Part shown: in pieces, positions 9,442 through 19,157 of the stretch
Position numbering within the stretch: the first letter of the stretch is position 1
How the letters are laid out: each line of letters starts with the position of its first letter
Assembly: GCA_021108295.1 (NCBI GenBank)
Contig: JAIORF010000005.1
Location: forward strand, 72,531-136,530
Source of the DNA: a bacterium
GTDB taxonomy: Bacteria > Patescibacteriota > Dojkabacteria > SC72
Reading direction: 5' to 3'
Length of the DNA stretch: 64,000 bases
Made by a program: the position numbers and the translations under genes
Notes under the pieces: model-generated
Seen by the model: the letters and a program-made list of their open reading frames with translations, nothing else
Databases searched by the model: none
What the model was told of the DNA's origin: nothing

Positions 9442-11121
9442 CTAAATTGTGACTACGAGAATTATTGGTTCTCTTTCTGTCTTCTTGTATATATATTTGC
9501 TTAATCTAGTTTCAAGCATTTTCTGTAGTTCAAGAGTGACATATTTTTTATTCTTAAGGGATTTGTTAACCCATTCTCTGTGTGTGTCGTATGTTAGGTT
9601 CTCGATTTCTTTGAGTAATCCTTGAGATCTTTTCATATAGATGAAGCCTCTTGAGATGAAGCGTGGTCTTCCTATTATTTTCTTGTTTTTAGAGCTTAGG
9701 TTTAGTAGTACACTAAAGATTCCATATTCTGCTAATTGTTGTCTGTCTTTAAGTACAATGTCCCCTATATCTCCTACACCCAATCCGTCTATGAGGATTG
9801 GTTTAGATTCTATCTTCTTACCTCTTTTCCAGAAGTTTCCATTAAATCTCCAAGATTGTCCGTCGTCTGTAAGGAGGATGTTGTCTTCTCTCATACCCCA
9901 TTTGAGGAGGTTCTTTTTGTTGAAGTATCTAAAGGTTAAAGGTCCGTGTATAGGCATGACTACCTTTGGTTGTATTAGATCATGCATCATTTTCATATCT
10001 TCCTGGTATCCATGTCCTGTCGAGTGGACTTTGTTTTCTGCACTATCTTTGATGAGTTCAATACCTAGTGCAATTAATCTGTTTGTCATTTTCTCTATCT
10101 TAGTTACATTCTCTGGTATTTCAGAGGAAGACATTATGATTAGGTCTCCTTTGTGGGCTTTGATAAAGCGGTGTTCATTTAAAGAGATTCTGTTTAGTGC
10201 TGCATATCTTTCTGCTTGACTACCAGTAGTTAGTATGAGGAGTTCATTGTCCTTATATTTCCTCATATCGTGCTCTTTTATTATAAGTCCTTGCGGGATA
10301 TCTAGATATTTTTGCTGTTGGGCGATTAGAATTGTTTGCTCTAGACTTCTTCCAGAGAGGACCACTTTCTTTTTTGTCTTCTTCGCTATCTCTATCAATG
10401 TGTAGAGCCTAGTGAGGAGGGAGGAGAAGGCTGCAACGATTACTCTTCCTTCTGCTTTTGATATTACTCTGTATAGGTTGTTGGCAATTTCCGTTTCAGA
10501 GGGTGCTTTCCCTGGTGTGCTTGCATTTGTACTTTCCATCATTGCTAGATCTATCCTTCCTCTAAGAGATTTAAGATATTCATAGTCTGCTTCTGGTTCG
10601 TTTGCAGGATTTGTATCTATTTTGTAATCTCCAGAGTGAAATACTGTTCCGTTTGGTGTTTCTACAAAGACTGCGAAGGCATCTGGAATACTGTGGTTGA
10701 TTCCTATGAAAGTGACTTTGAAGTATTTCCCTACTCTTACAGTCGACCTTCTTCTTACACGATGGATTGTTGTTTTTTTAGCCAACCCATGCTCTTCTAG
10801 TCGTGCTTCTATCAACGCTTTAGCGAAGTTTCCTGCATATATTGGAGGAAAGTCTAGATCAGGGAGTAGATATCTTAGTGCTCCTGTGTGGTCTAAGTGA
10901 CCGTGTGTAATTACTACACCTTTTACTTTGTGTTTATTCTTTTTTAAGTAGCTTGAGTTTGGTATGAGGTAGTCTATTCCGTACATGTCGTGTCCCGGGA
11001 AAGAGTATCCTGCGTCTATTACAAGGATTTCGTCTTTGTATTCTAAAAAGTTGCAGTTTCTACCTACTTCTGTTGTACCTGAAAGGGTACATAGTTTTAA
11101 TTCTTCTTTTTTATTATTCAT
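9442..11121 (-). CDS. rnj: Ribonuclease J
   Basis: EVGRNC, THGHLDH, HSIPD, SGDYKID, HSTGH, MPIHG, EREPIIL. Confidence 0.95.
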   Translation of the reverse strand: MNNKKEELKLCTLSGTTEVGRNCNFLEYKDEILVIDAGYSFPGHDMYGIDYLIPNSSYLKKNKHKVKGVVITHGHLDHTGALRYLLPDLDFPPIYAGNFAKALIEARLEEHGLAKKTTIHRVRRRSTVRVGKYFKVTFIGINHSIPDAFAVFVETPNGTVFHSGDYKIDTNPANEPEADYEYLKSLRGRIDLAMMESTNASTPGKAPSETEIANNLYRVISKAEGRVIVAAFSSLLTRLYTLIEIAKKTKKKVVLSGRSLEQTILIAQQQKYLDIPQGLIIKEHDMRKYKDNELLILTTGSQAERYAALNRISLNEHRFIKAHKGDLIIMSSSEIPENVTKIEKMTNRLIALGIELIKDSAENKVHSTGHGYQEDMKMMHDLIQPKVVMPIHGPLTFRYFNKKNLLKWGMREDNILLTDDGQSWRFNGNFWKRGKKIESKPILIDGLGVGDIGDIVLKDRQQLAEYGIFSVLLNLSSKNKKIIGRPRFISRGFIYMKRSQGLLKEIENLTYDTHREWVNKSLKNKKYVTLELQKMLETRLSKYIYKKTEREPIILVVTI

Positions 11122-11349
11122 TTTTTATATTTATTTAATTTTATATTTATTTAACCCTTTTTAATTCATGGATTACCGAATGTACTCATTAGTAAACCGA
11201 TGTATTTACTAATTTCTTAACTATTGGGAGAGAACCAATGTTGTATAAAGATACTTCATTCTTTGTATAGAATGCAAGTATTTTAAGAAGACTTGGGTAT
11301 TTTAGCAGAGAATTGTGATTTTGGGAAGAGTTGGGGTATAATACATACT

Positions 11350-11877
11350 ATGAGACACGACAATAAGCAGGAGAATCAAAAGGAGTTTGCGTGGAAAATT
11401 ATTGGAGTAGAAGAAACCGATATTGAAAACGGTTGGGTTTCATTGCAAACGGCACCTGTTTTTCTGAGAAGTGAGTTTTTATATTCAGAAGATTTGGAGC
11501 AGGAACAAAGAGAGTTTCTTAATGAGCAGTATGAGAAATATGGGTATGTCCTTCATGTTGGAGCAGAGAAGGTTTCACCTGAGGAACTAAGAAGAGAGGA
11601 GCCAGGGAGGGTATGTAAGTCGCTAGAATTGGTAGTTAGAGATCTTCAAGGAGAGGAAAAAGCAATTTGGGTAAATCTTTTCTATAATGTTCGTGAATAT
11701 GAACTTATCAAGGGAGAGTGGTATCTTCCAAGCAAACATGTATACGACCCTTTCTGTGTATTTAGAAGCTATGATGATAAGAAACATATCGGCTATGTAT
11801 TGAAACAGAAGCCAGTGGCTGTAATACACAAAAATTTTCAGGAACATGTTCCTCTTACAATGGCGTATGCAAACTAA
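11350..11877 (+). CDS. Hypothetical protein (likely start ATG 11350)
   Basis: ORF; TATAAT 7 nt before ATG. Confidence 0.6.
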   Translation: MRHDNKQENQKEFAWKIIGVEETDIENGWVSLQTAPVFLRSEFLYSEDLEQEQREFLNEQYEKYGYVLHVGAEKVSPEELRREEPGRVCKSLELVVRDLQGEEKAIWVNLFYNVREYELIKGEWYLPSKHVYDPFCVFRSYDDKKHIGYVLKQKPVAVIHKNFQEHVPLTMAYAN

Positions 11878-11953
11878 GTATTGTATAGATAAATATTAAC
11901 CCTTGTGTCTAATTTTCTGTTAATATAGGATTAACTATTTCAGCAGAAACCAA

Positions 11954-12382
11954 ATGTACCTAATCACAGATTTACAACCAGAACAAGAAGTAGAGAATAC
12001 AGAATTAGCAATGATTTATAACCTAGACAATGGGATTGCCTTAACAAGGCCTCAATTGCTGAAGTATTTTAGAGGGATAATAATATATGTGGAGGGGGAA
12101 ACAGATACGGAATTTACGCAAAAAATTGCTCAGGTGGGAGTAGACTACTACCCTGCAACACTTGAAAAGATCGAAACGGTTGTATGGGGCGGAGGTATAT
12201 GGGTACCTGTGGTCTTTAGAGTATTAGAAATGAGAATAAGAGATCTTAGAGAAGGCATGGAATTTTTAGAGCCATGCAATATTGAGAGAAGAGAGAGGCA
12301 TTTAGAGTCGCTTGGTAAAACCTTGGAGATGATAGATAATATGTTAGAAAGAAATAATGGGAAACCTACCCAAATCATTTGA
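11954..12382 (+). CDS. Hypothetical protein
   Basis: 142-aa ORF overlapping valS start; no recognised motif. Confidence 0.55.
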   Translation: MYLITDLQPEQEVENTELAMIYNLDNGIALTRPQLLKYFRGIIIYVEGETDTEFTQKIAQVGVDYYPATLEKIETVVWGGGIWVPVVFRVLEMRIRDLREGMEFLEPCNIERRERHLESLGKTLEMIDNMLERNNGKPTQII

Positions 12383-14603
12383 TTCACAACAATTAGAACC
12401 CAAGATATATTCTAGATGGGAAAAGTCTGGGATGTTTAATCCAGATAAGATGAGAGAGAGTCTAAAATCAAAAGGGGTTGATATTGAGAAACCTTTTACA
12501 ATCACACTTCCTCCTCCAAACGCTAATGGTAATCTACACTTAGGGCATATGTGTGGATATTCTTTCCATGACGCAATTGGAAGATATATGAGGATGACGG
12601 GACACCCTACTCTCTTACTCCCTGGTAAAGACCATGCAGGAATACAAACAGAAACAGCTTTCACTAAAAAGCTCAAAGAAGAAGGGAAGGACAAGTGGGA
12701 GATGGGAAGGGAAGAGTTCTACAAACAATGCTACGACTTCTGTATGACCAACGCTTCCAATGCAAGAGATCAAGAAAAGAAAATTGGTTTAAGTGCCGAT
12801 TACAGTAGAGAGTTTTTTACACTAGATGAGAGATTAACAAAAACAGTATACGAAACCTTTGAAATGATGTTTAAGGATGGGAGGGTGTATAGGGATAAGA
12901 GGATTGTAAATATATGTCCTACATGTAAGACTGCATTAGCAGATATAGATACAGAGCATGAGGAAAGAAGAGGGATATTTGCATATATTAAATATCCTGT
13001 AGCAGGTAAAGAGGATGAATATATTAAGGTAGCGACTACCAGGCCTGAAACAATGTTGGGAGATACTGCTGTAGCAGTTAATCCGGATGATCCTAAATAC
13101 AAAGAATATATTGGTAAAAACGTAATTCTCCCTATACAAAACAAGGAAATCCCTGTCATAGCGGATGAAGAAGTCGATATGGAAACAGGAACAGGAGCAC
13201 TTAAAGTTACTCCTGCACACTCCCCTGTTGATTTCGAGATAGGGAAGAAGCACAAATTAGAGGTGGTGAATGTAATTGATATGGAAGGGTGTATGACAGG
13301 AGAAATACCAGAGAGGTTTAAGGGTATGAGTAGTAATGAATGCTCTAGAGCTCTTTGTAAAGAATTGGATGAGCAAGGGCTCTTGGTGAAAATTGAGAAT
13401 ATTAGACATGAGGTAACCATATGTGAGAGATGTAAAACAGCAGTAGAACCAGGAATCTCTAATCAGTGGTACATTGATATGAGTAATTTGGCGAGAGGGG
13501 TGTTAAAAACTCTTGAGAGTGGAGAAGTAAAAGTTATACCTTCAGGACAACAAAAAGCCTTAGAACATTTCTATGAGAATATCCAGCCATGGTGTATATC
13601 AAGGCAGCTTTGGTGGGGACAGAGAATACCTGTGTGGTATAGCGGAGGGAAGAAGTTGTATGATTGGTTACAGGAAAACGAAGGGAAAACAGTTAAAGAT
13701 TTTGAAGGGGAGTTTAATACTAAAATATCAGGTGATGGGAGTATACATGTAGGAGAGGATATTCCAGATAGTAGTGGTGTATGGGAGGGAGAGACGGATA
13801 TGTTTGATACTTGGTTTAGTTCTGGGCAGTGGCCATATTCTACACTTGGTGGTCCAGAGGGTGAGGATTTTGCTAAGTACTACCCTACCCAGATGATGAT
13901 ACATGCGAGAGATATTCTTTTCTGGTGGTCAGCAAGGATGTTGATGTTGGGGTTGTATAGGACAAAGGAAGTACCGTTTAACACCATTTTCTTGACAGGT
14001 ATGATATTGGCTAGTGATGGTTCTAAGATGTCTAAGAGTAAGGGTAATGGTGTAGAGCCTCAGGAGGTTTTTGAGAAGTATGGGGCAGATGCTCTTAGGC
14101 TTTGGTATTACTCTGATGCACTTCCTGGTAGTAATGCTCCAATTAGGGAGGAGAAGATTAGGGGGAACAGGAACTTTGTGAATAAGATATGGAATGGTAG
14201 TAGGTTTATCATAATGAACATGGAAGAGTCTGAGATAGAGAGGGTGTCTGAGTATGTAGTAAATACTGATGTAGAGAGGGTACGACTAACTAGAGAGCAT
14301 ATACAAAAAGTTTCTAAATATATTGAGAAGTACCAGTTTAATCTAGGGGCAGAAGCTATTAGAGAGTTTTTTTGGCATAGGTTGTGTGATGTATGGATAG
14401 AGGAAATTAAGGATGAGATACAGGAGGAAGAGGTTGGTAGTGAGTTAAGGGTAGAAAGGTTGAGTGAATTGCTTTTTGTTTTGAAGGAGAGTTTAAGGAT
14501 TATGCATCCTTTTGTACCTTTTGTTACAGAAGGAGTATGGCAGGAGTTAGTAGGTTTAGGATTAGCAGAGGGGATGTTGGTGGAGCAGCAGATAGAGGGA
14601 TAG
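12357..14603 (+). CDS. valS: Valine--tRNA ligase (C-terminally short)
   Basis: PPPNANGNLHLGH, DHAGIQT, ATTRPETMLGD, WCISRQLWWG, KMSKS. Confidence 0.95.
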   Translation: MGNLPKSFDSQQLEPKIYSRWEKSGMFNPDKMRESLKSKGVDIEKPFTITLPPPNANGNLHLGHMCGYSFHDAIGRYMRMTGHPTLLLPGKDHAGIQTETAFTKKLKEEGKDKWEMGREEFYKQCYDFCMTNASNARDQEKKIGLSADYSREFFTLDERLTKTVYETFEMMFKDGRVYRDKRIVNICPTCKTALADIDTEHEERRGIFAYIKYPVAGKEDEYIKVATTRPETMLGDTAVAVNPDDPKYKEYIGKNVILPIQNKEIPVIADEEVDMETGTGALKVTPAHSPVDFEIGKKHKLEVVNVIDMEGCMTGEIPERFKGMSSNECSRALCKELDEQGLLVKIENIRHEVTICERCKTAVEPGISNQWYIDMSNLARGVLKTLESGEVKVIPSGQQKALEHFYENIQPWCISRQLWWGQRIPVWYSGGKKLYDWLQENEGKTVKDFEGEFNTKISGDGSIHVGEDIPDSSGVWEGETDMFDTWFSSGQWPYSTLGGPEGEDFAKYYPTQMMIHARDILFWWSARMLMLGLYRTKEVPFNTIFLTGMILASDGSKMSKSKGNGVEPQEVFEKYGADALRLWYYSDALPGSNAPIREEKIRGNRNFVNKIWNGSRFIIMNMEESEIERVSEYVVNTDVERVRLTREHIQKVSKYIEKYQFNLGAEAIREFFWHRLCDVWIEEIKDEIQEEEVGSELRVERLSELLFVLKESLRIMHPFVPFVTEGVWQELVGLGLAEGMLVEQQIEG

Positions 14604-14689
14604 AGTAGAAAGGTGGTAGATTAGCCATAGATTGTAATCAAGGAGAGAGGTATGGTAGACTTGTAGTAATAAATTATAACGTTATCATT

Positions 14690-15559
14690 ATGGACGAGAA
14701 TGAATCTAATATAGAACAGGGAGTTTTCGAGAGAGTTGTTGAAGGAGTCTACGCCGATACTATTGTTGCAGAAGGTTCAGAATTTGAAAAAGAAGATTGG
14801 ATAAGGGATGAAGGAATAGCTCATGGTATAGCAAATAATGAGGTAAAGGGTTTTCCTAAGGATGAGCAGGAACTATTAAGTTTTCTCATGGGGGAAGAAG
14901 CAAGTAAAAGACTTTTTCAAGAAAAGAATGGTTTTGGTAAGAAAAAACTTGATCGCTTACAAATATCTACATTAAGAGAACAAGCTAAAAAGATCAATCA
15001 TCAAGTAGTATCAATGGAGGAGTACTATTTTGTGATGAACGAGCTAGAAGATTCCATTAATCCCGATCGTTTCTCACCAAATGTTGTCGAGAATTGGATT
15101 AACTATGGAGGGGATTGTGTTTGGGGAGAATCTTCTGATCTTGACGGATTAAACTCTTTGTTTATGATCCCTAAGAATGTAGGAGCTAGGTATCGATGGT
15201 TTGAAAACAAGATGAATCGTGCAATAGTAAAAGATTTTAATGATGATATTGAAATCAGAAAGAGTCCTTATAACCCTGAAGAAATAATGTGGAAGGATTT
15301 GATGAGACGACTTTATGAAGAGTATCCAGATAAAATTGGGTGTTCTTTTATATCCGGAGAACTTATACTCTCAATATCTTCTGGGAAGTTCAAGACGGAG
15401 ATTAGTAAAAGGGGAGTAATTCTGATAAACGAAGAGAAAGGTTCTTTTTCAAGAGAACATTATTCATGTATGGATTCAGATGAAGGGTTGCAAAGATTTT
15501 ATGGTATGACACGAAGGGTTCTTGAACAGGCAGAAATCATTCCATTTTATAAAGATTAG
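14690..15559 (+). CDS. Hypothetical protein
   Basis: 289-aa acidic ORF; no recognised motif. Confidence 0.65.
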   Translation: MDENESNIEQGVFERVVEGVYADTIVAEGSEFEKEDWIRDEGIAHGIANNEVKGFPKDEQELLSFLMGEEASKRLFQEKNGFGKKKLDRLQISTLREQAKKINHQVVSMEEYYFVMNELEDSINPDRFSPNVVENWINYGGDCVWGESSDLDGLNSLFMIPKNVGARYRWFENKMNRAIVKDFNDDIEIRKSPYNPEEIMWKDLMRRLYEEYPDKIGCSFISGELILSISSGKFKTEISKRGVILINEEKGSFSREHYSCMDSDEGLQRFYGMTRRVLEQAEIIPFYKD

Positions 15560-15609
15560 TAAGAATTCTTAATCTTCCACATAAAAGTAGTAATTATAAG
15601 GGGGTAGAA

Positions 15610-15657
15610 CAGGAGAAAGTTTTGGGTGTAAGCCACAATGTTAGCTACTTTCTCCTG
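15610..15657. repeat. Inverted repeat/hairpin with 26-nt loop
   Basis: CAGGAGAAAGT-N26-ACTTTCTCCTG (perfect 11 bp). Confidence 0.75.
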
Positions 15658-15669
15658 GTTAGAGTTGAA

Positions 15670-15819
15670 TTACCCTCTATTTATGTTACGGCTCTTCCGC
15701 TTGTGCCTCCAACGGCGTCTTCTCCTCCCATTTCTCTCATTCGCCCCATTCTTTCCATTTCCATTCCCCTTTTCTTGTTTTTCTGTCCCATTTTCCTGTT
15801 TTACCTGTGGCTGTAGCAT
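15670..15819 (-). CDS. Small basic protein (49 aa), below ORF-track cutoff
   Basis: MLQPQVKQENGTEKQEKGNGNGKNGANERNGRRRRRWRHKRKSRNINRG; SD GAGGAGG; TTTACA-18-TATAAT at 15894..15865. Confidence 0.6.
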   Translation of the reverse strand: MLQPQVKQENGTEKQEKGNGNGKNGANERNGRRRRRWRHKRKSRNINRG

Positions 15820-15948
15820 CGAACCTCCTCAAAATAGTAGACCATTAATAGGATTCAACGATGTATTATAAGACGAAATGCAAGTAATTGTAAAAAACTT
15901 TAACATTGCAATCACTATATGGTACACTATAAGGTTGCACTCAAGGAG

Positions 15949-17676
15949 TTAGTCCTCTATTTTAATCCAAAGTATCTTCGGCTTAACTATCTCTCTACCA
16001 CCCTCTATCTCTTCATAAACCCATGTGTTTATACTCTCTTCTACCAAACCCTTCTCTACTAAAACATCATTAGCATCATACTCATCCTTAATGTTCAGTA
16101 ACTTACCCAATCGCTTACAACCAAAAGGAGTGAAAGGCTTGAGTAATATTCTCAATGCATTGGTTAACTGTATAGCATTAAACAAAGTATCCCTTGCCCT
16201 ACCCTCATCCTCCTTTACATCAACCCAAGGAGCCCTATCATTAAAATACTTGTTAGCGAAGTTTCCTAACGCCAAAACTCTTTGCAAAGCCTTAGTAAGC
16301 TTAACCCCCTCAACATATTCACCAACCTCCTTGAAAGCACTATCAATATTCTCCCTTACATCACTATCCCAACTACCATTTGGTACGCTCTTATCGAACT
16401 TTGTGTATGTAAAGGTAAGTGTTCTATTAACAAAATTACCAATATTAGCTACTAACTCATTGTTATTTGTTGCTACTACATCCTCCCAACTAAACTCCCT
16501 ATCATGATTCTCTGGAGCAAACCTAATGAAGAAGAAACGAGCAAGATCTGCTCCATACTTCTCAAAAATCTCATCAGCAGTTAACATATCTACAGTTCCC
16601 TTACTTATCTTCTTTCCTTTGTACAGAAGCATCTTGTTTGCAGGGACATCATATGGGAGATTGAGTTCTTCTCTCTTGGTTTCTCCTGGAAGTTTGTACT
16701 TCTCCCAAAGAGTATCATCACTATACTTTTCGCTATACCCCATTAACTCTGCAGGCCAAATGATGGTATGGAATGGAGTATTGCCACCTGCTATGAAGTA
16801 ATAGTGTTTACAATTTTCATCTTTCCAGAAGTCTTCCCATCTAGAAGGTTTATTAATATTCTGTGCCCATTCTATTGAAGCACTAAGATATCCAATTACT
16901 GCTTCTACCCAAACATAGATTACTTTGTCCTCCCACCCTTTTACAGGAACTTTGATACCAAACTCCATATCTCTTGTTACTTCCCTAGGTTTAAGACCAA
17001 TCTTTATCCAACCTTTAGAGAATTCTCTTACCCACTTTCTCCAATTATCACTACTTTCTTTCATCCATTTATCTAACTTAGGTTCTAATTTCTTAAGATC
17101 AAGGTAGAAATGTCGAGTATCTCTTAATTCCGGTTTAACATCTGAAAGAGTACTGTATGGATCTATTAAATCATCTGCATTTAGATATGCTCCACACTCT
17201 GGACACTCATCCCCTCTTGCATCTGTATTACCACACTCAGGACATGTACCCTTCACATATCTATCTGGTAGATATCTCTCTACTTTTGTATCGTAATATT
17301 GTTGAGAAGTTCCTTCATAGAGATAGCCTCTTTCTTTAAGTACTAAGAAAATGTTTTGTACAACCTCTTTGTGATTTTGTGTTGTTGTAGAGGTGTAGTT
17401 CTCATAGAGTAATCCCAAGTTCTTGTATGTTTCTAAAATCTGTTTATGCGATTCCTTCACTAATTCTTCAGGAGATATGTCTCTCTCCTCTGCTTTTAGA
17501 ACAATAGGGGCACCGTGAGAATCACTGCCTGAGACCATGAGAACATCGTTACCTTTTAATCTATGATATCTTGCAAAAACATCACAGGCTATATATTGTC
17601 CTGCCAAATGACCAAGATGTACTTTATCAGATGCATATGGCCAAGAGACTCCGATAAAGATTTTTTCTGAATTCAT
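15949..17676 (-). CDS. metG: Methionine--tRNA ligase (no C-terminal tRNA-binding appendix)
   Basis: WPYA-x3-HLGH, SGSDSHG, Zn knuckle CPEC..CPEC, YVWVEA, KISKG. Confidence 0.95.
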   Translation of the reverse strand: MNSEKIFIGVSWPYASDKVHLGHLAGQYIACDVFARYHRLKGNDVLMVSGSDSHGAPIVLKAEERDISPEELVKESHKQILETYKNLGLLYENYTSTTTQNHKEVVQNIFLVLKERGYLYEGTSQQYYDTKVERYLPDRYVKGTCPECGNTDARGDECPECGAYLNADDLIDPYSTLSDVKPELRDTRHFYLDLKKLEPKLDKWMKESSDNWRKWVREFSKGWIKIGLKPREVTRDMEFGIKVPVKGWEDKVIYVWVEAVIGYLSASIEWAQNINKPSRWEDFWKDENCKHYYFIAGGNTPFHTIIWPAELMGYSEKYSDDTLWEKYKLPGETKREELNLPYDVPANKMLLYKGKKISKGTVDMLTADEIFEKYGADLARFFFIRFAPENHDREFSWEDVVATNNNELVANIGNFVNRTLTFTYTKFDKSVPNGSWDSDVRENIDSAFKEVGEYVEGVKLTKALQRVLALGNFANKYFNDRAPWVDVKEDEGRARDTLFNAIQLTNALRILLKPFTPFGCKRLGKLLNIKDEYDANDVLVEKGLVEESINTWVYEEIEGGREIVKPKILWIKIED

Positions 17677-17743
17677 GATGCTTGTATTATAACAAAGTAT
17701 CCAATATACTAAAATACTTACAATATATGTATAAAACTGCCAT

Positions 17744-18304
17744 ATGATTGGAAAAGAAAACCTTCCAAAATCTATAAACTTTCTTCAACCAGTATTACGG
17801 CCATATGATATTTGGTCTAATGCTTACCAATGGATGTTTGAAATAGGAAAGTACATGTTAATTGCTGTCGAACTCATCGCTTTGGGAGTATTTGTTTCTC
17901 GCTTTGTTCTTGATGCAAAAAACACCGACCTTACTAAAGATATCAATACACAAGTAGCTTTGCTCTCTGGTGGTAATTGGAAACAAGACAGTATTACCTA
18001 TGAAAATTTACAAGGGCTTTTAGTAGATGTACAAAAGATTGATAAAGGACAGCAGATTAATTCTGTCATTATCAACGAGGTGCGTAATGGTATCCCTACT
18101 GGAGTAGATCTTGAGACGTTTTCTTTTAATAATGGAAGGGTTTCTATAAATATGCAGACTACAGATTTTAAAGCTTTTAGGGATTACGAATCGGCTATTA
18201 AGAATAATCCTAGTTACAACAAGGTGTCTTTTAATACGACTAAGAATGGTTCGATATATGAGATTAGAGTTAACTTCATCATAGATGGTTTTGATGACAA
18301 CTAA
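17744..18304 (+). CDS. PilN-like type IV pilus alignment protein
   Basis: SINFL N-terminal motif, single TM, coiled segment and ferredoxin-like tail. Confidence 0.55.
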   Translation: MIGKENLPKSINFLQPVLRPYDIWSNAYQWMFEIGKYMLIAVELIALGVFVSRFVLDAKNTDLTKDINTQVALLSGGNWKQDSITYENLQGLLVDVQKIDKGQQINSVIINEVRNGIPTGVDLETFSFNNGRVSINMQTTDFKAFRDYESAIKNNPSYNKVSFNTTKNGSIYEIRVNFIIDGFDDN

Positions 18305-18911
18305 ATCTAAGAGAGTACAATTTGACTATATTAAGTTTTTGAGGAGTTCTCCTACAAAAAAGACTATGTATTATATGTCTGGTTTTACAGTATTGATGGC
18401 AATACTGTTGATTGCTTTTGCTATTAGACCCACACTATTGACGATAAGTGGGATTAATGGGGAGATAAAAGAAAAAGGAAAAATATACGAGGCTCTTGAT
18501 GCAAAGATAGATGCTTTGGTACAGTTAGATGCCCAATATGTTGAACTTGGTGAAGAACTTGATGCTTTACAACTTCTCTACCCTACCTCTGGGAATTTCA
18601 GTCTCTTTATGTCAAATATTGATGCTGTAGTATCTAGGAATGGGTTTTTGTTAAGGAGTTTGAGTTTTGCAAAATACGATACGGATTTTTACAATATCAA
18701 TACCATAGTGTTGTCTCCATGGTCTGTACAGATCTCTGTGGAAGGGCCTGAGAGCAACATAGATAATCTTTTTGATGATCTAGAGACTATGCCGATGTAT
18801 CCTGTGATAGAGAGGTTCTCCTTTGGACAAGAGGAGCAAGAGGATCTCAAGAAGTTCTCCATAACTATGAGGATTTATCATATAGAGAATATTAAGTTTT
18901 ATAATGAGTAA
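18285..18911 (+). CDS. PilO-like type IV pilus alignment protein
   Basis: TM-FAIRPT, coiled coil, LYP, SVEG..IDNLFDDLE; follows PilN-like gene. Confidence 0.6.
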   Translation: MVLMTTKSKRVQFDYIKFLRSSPTKKTMYYMSGFTVLMAILLIAFAIRPTLLTISGINGEIKEKGKIYEALDAKIDALVQLDAQYVELGEELDALQLLYPTSGNFSLFMSNIDAVVSRNGFLLRSLSFAKYDTDFYNINTIVLSPWSVQISVEGPESNIDNLFDDLETMPMYPVIERFSFGQEEQEDLKKFSITMRIYHIENIKFYNE

Positions 18912-18914
18912 GAG

Positions 18915-19157
18915 ATGAGTTTTATAAAGAAGATGTTACCAATATTGATATTTTTATTAATCGTAACCGTAGCATGGGTGGGGTTCTCTATCTATTCCCA
19001 AGTGATTGAGTTAGATATCAATCCTAATGCTGGGAATTTCACCAAACCTATTAGTACAACATTTGATACTGAGATATTGGATGATATTAGTACAAAAACA
19101 GAGGAGAGTTTTCCAGTATCACCACAGGAGTTTTTGAGATTAAACCAAGCAGACTAA
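18915..19157 (+). CDS. Small membrane-anchored protein (PilP position)
   Basis: N-terminal TM, co-oriented with pilN/pilO-like genes. Confidence 0.55.
   Translation: MSFIKKMLPILIFLLIVTVAWVGFSIYSQVIELDINPNAGNFTKPISTTFDTEILDDISTKTEESFPVSPQEFLRLNQAD

Noticed and set aside
15622-15871. Two + strand ORFs (64 and 77 aa)
   Set aside because: Pyrimidine-rich shadows; the promoter and SD support the - strand 49-aa ORF.
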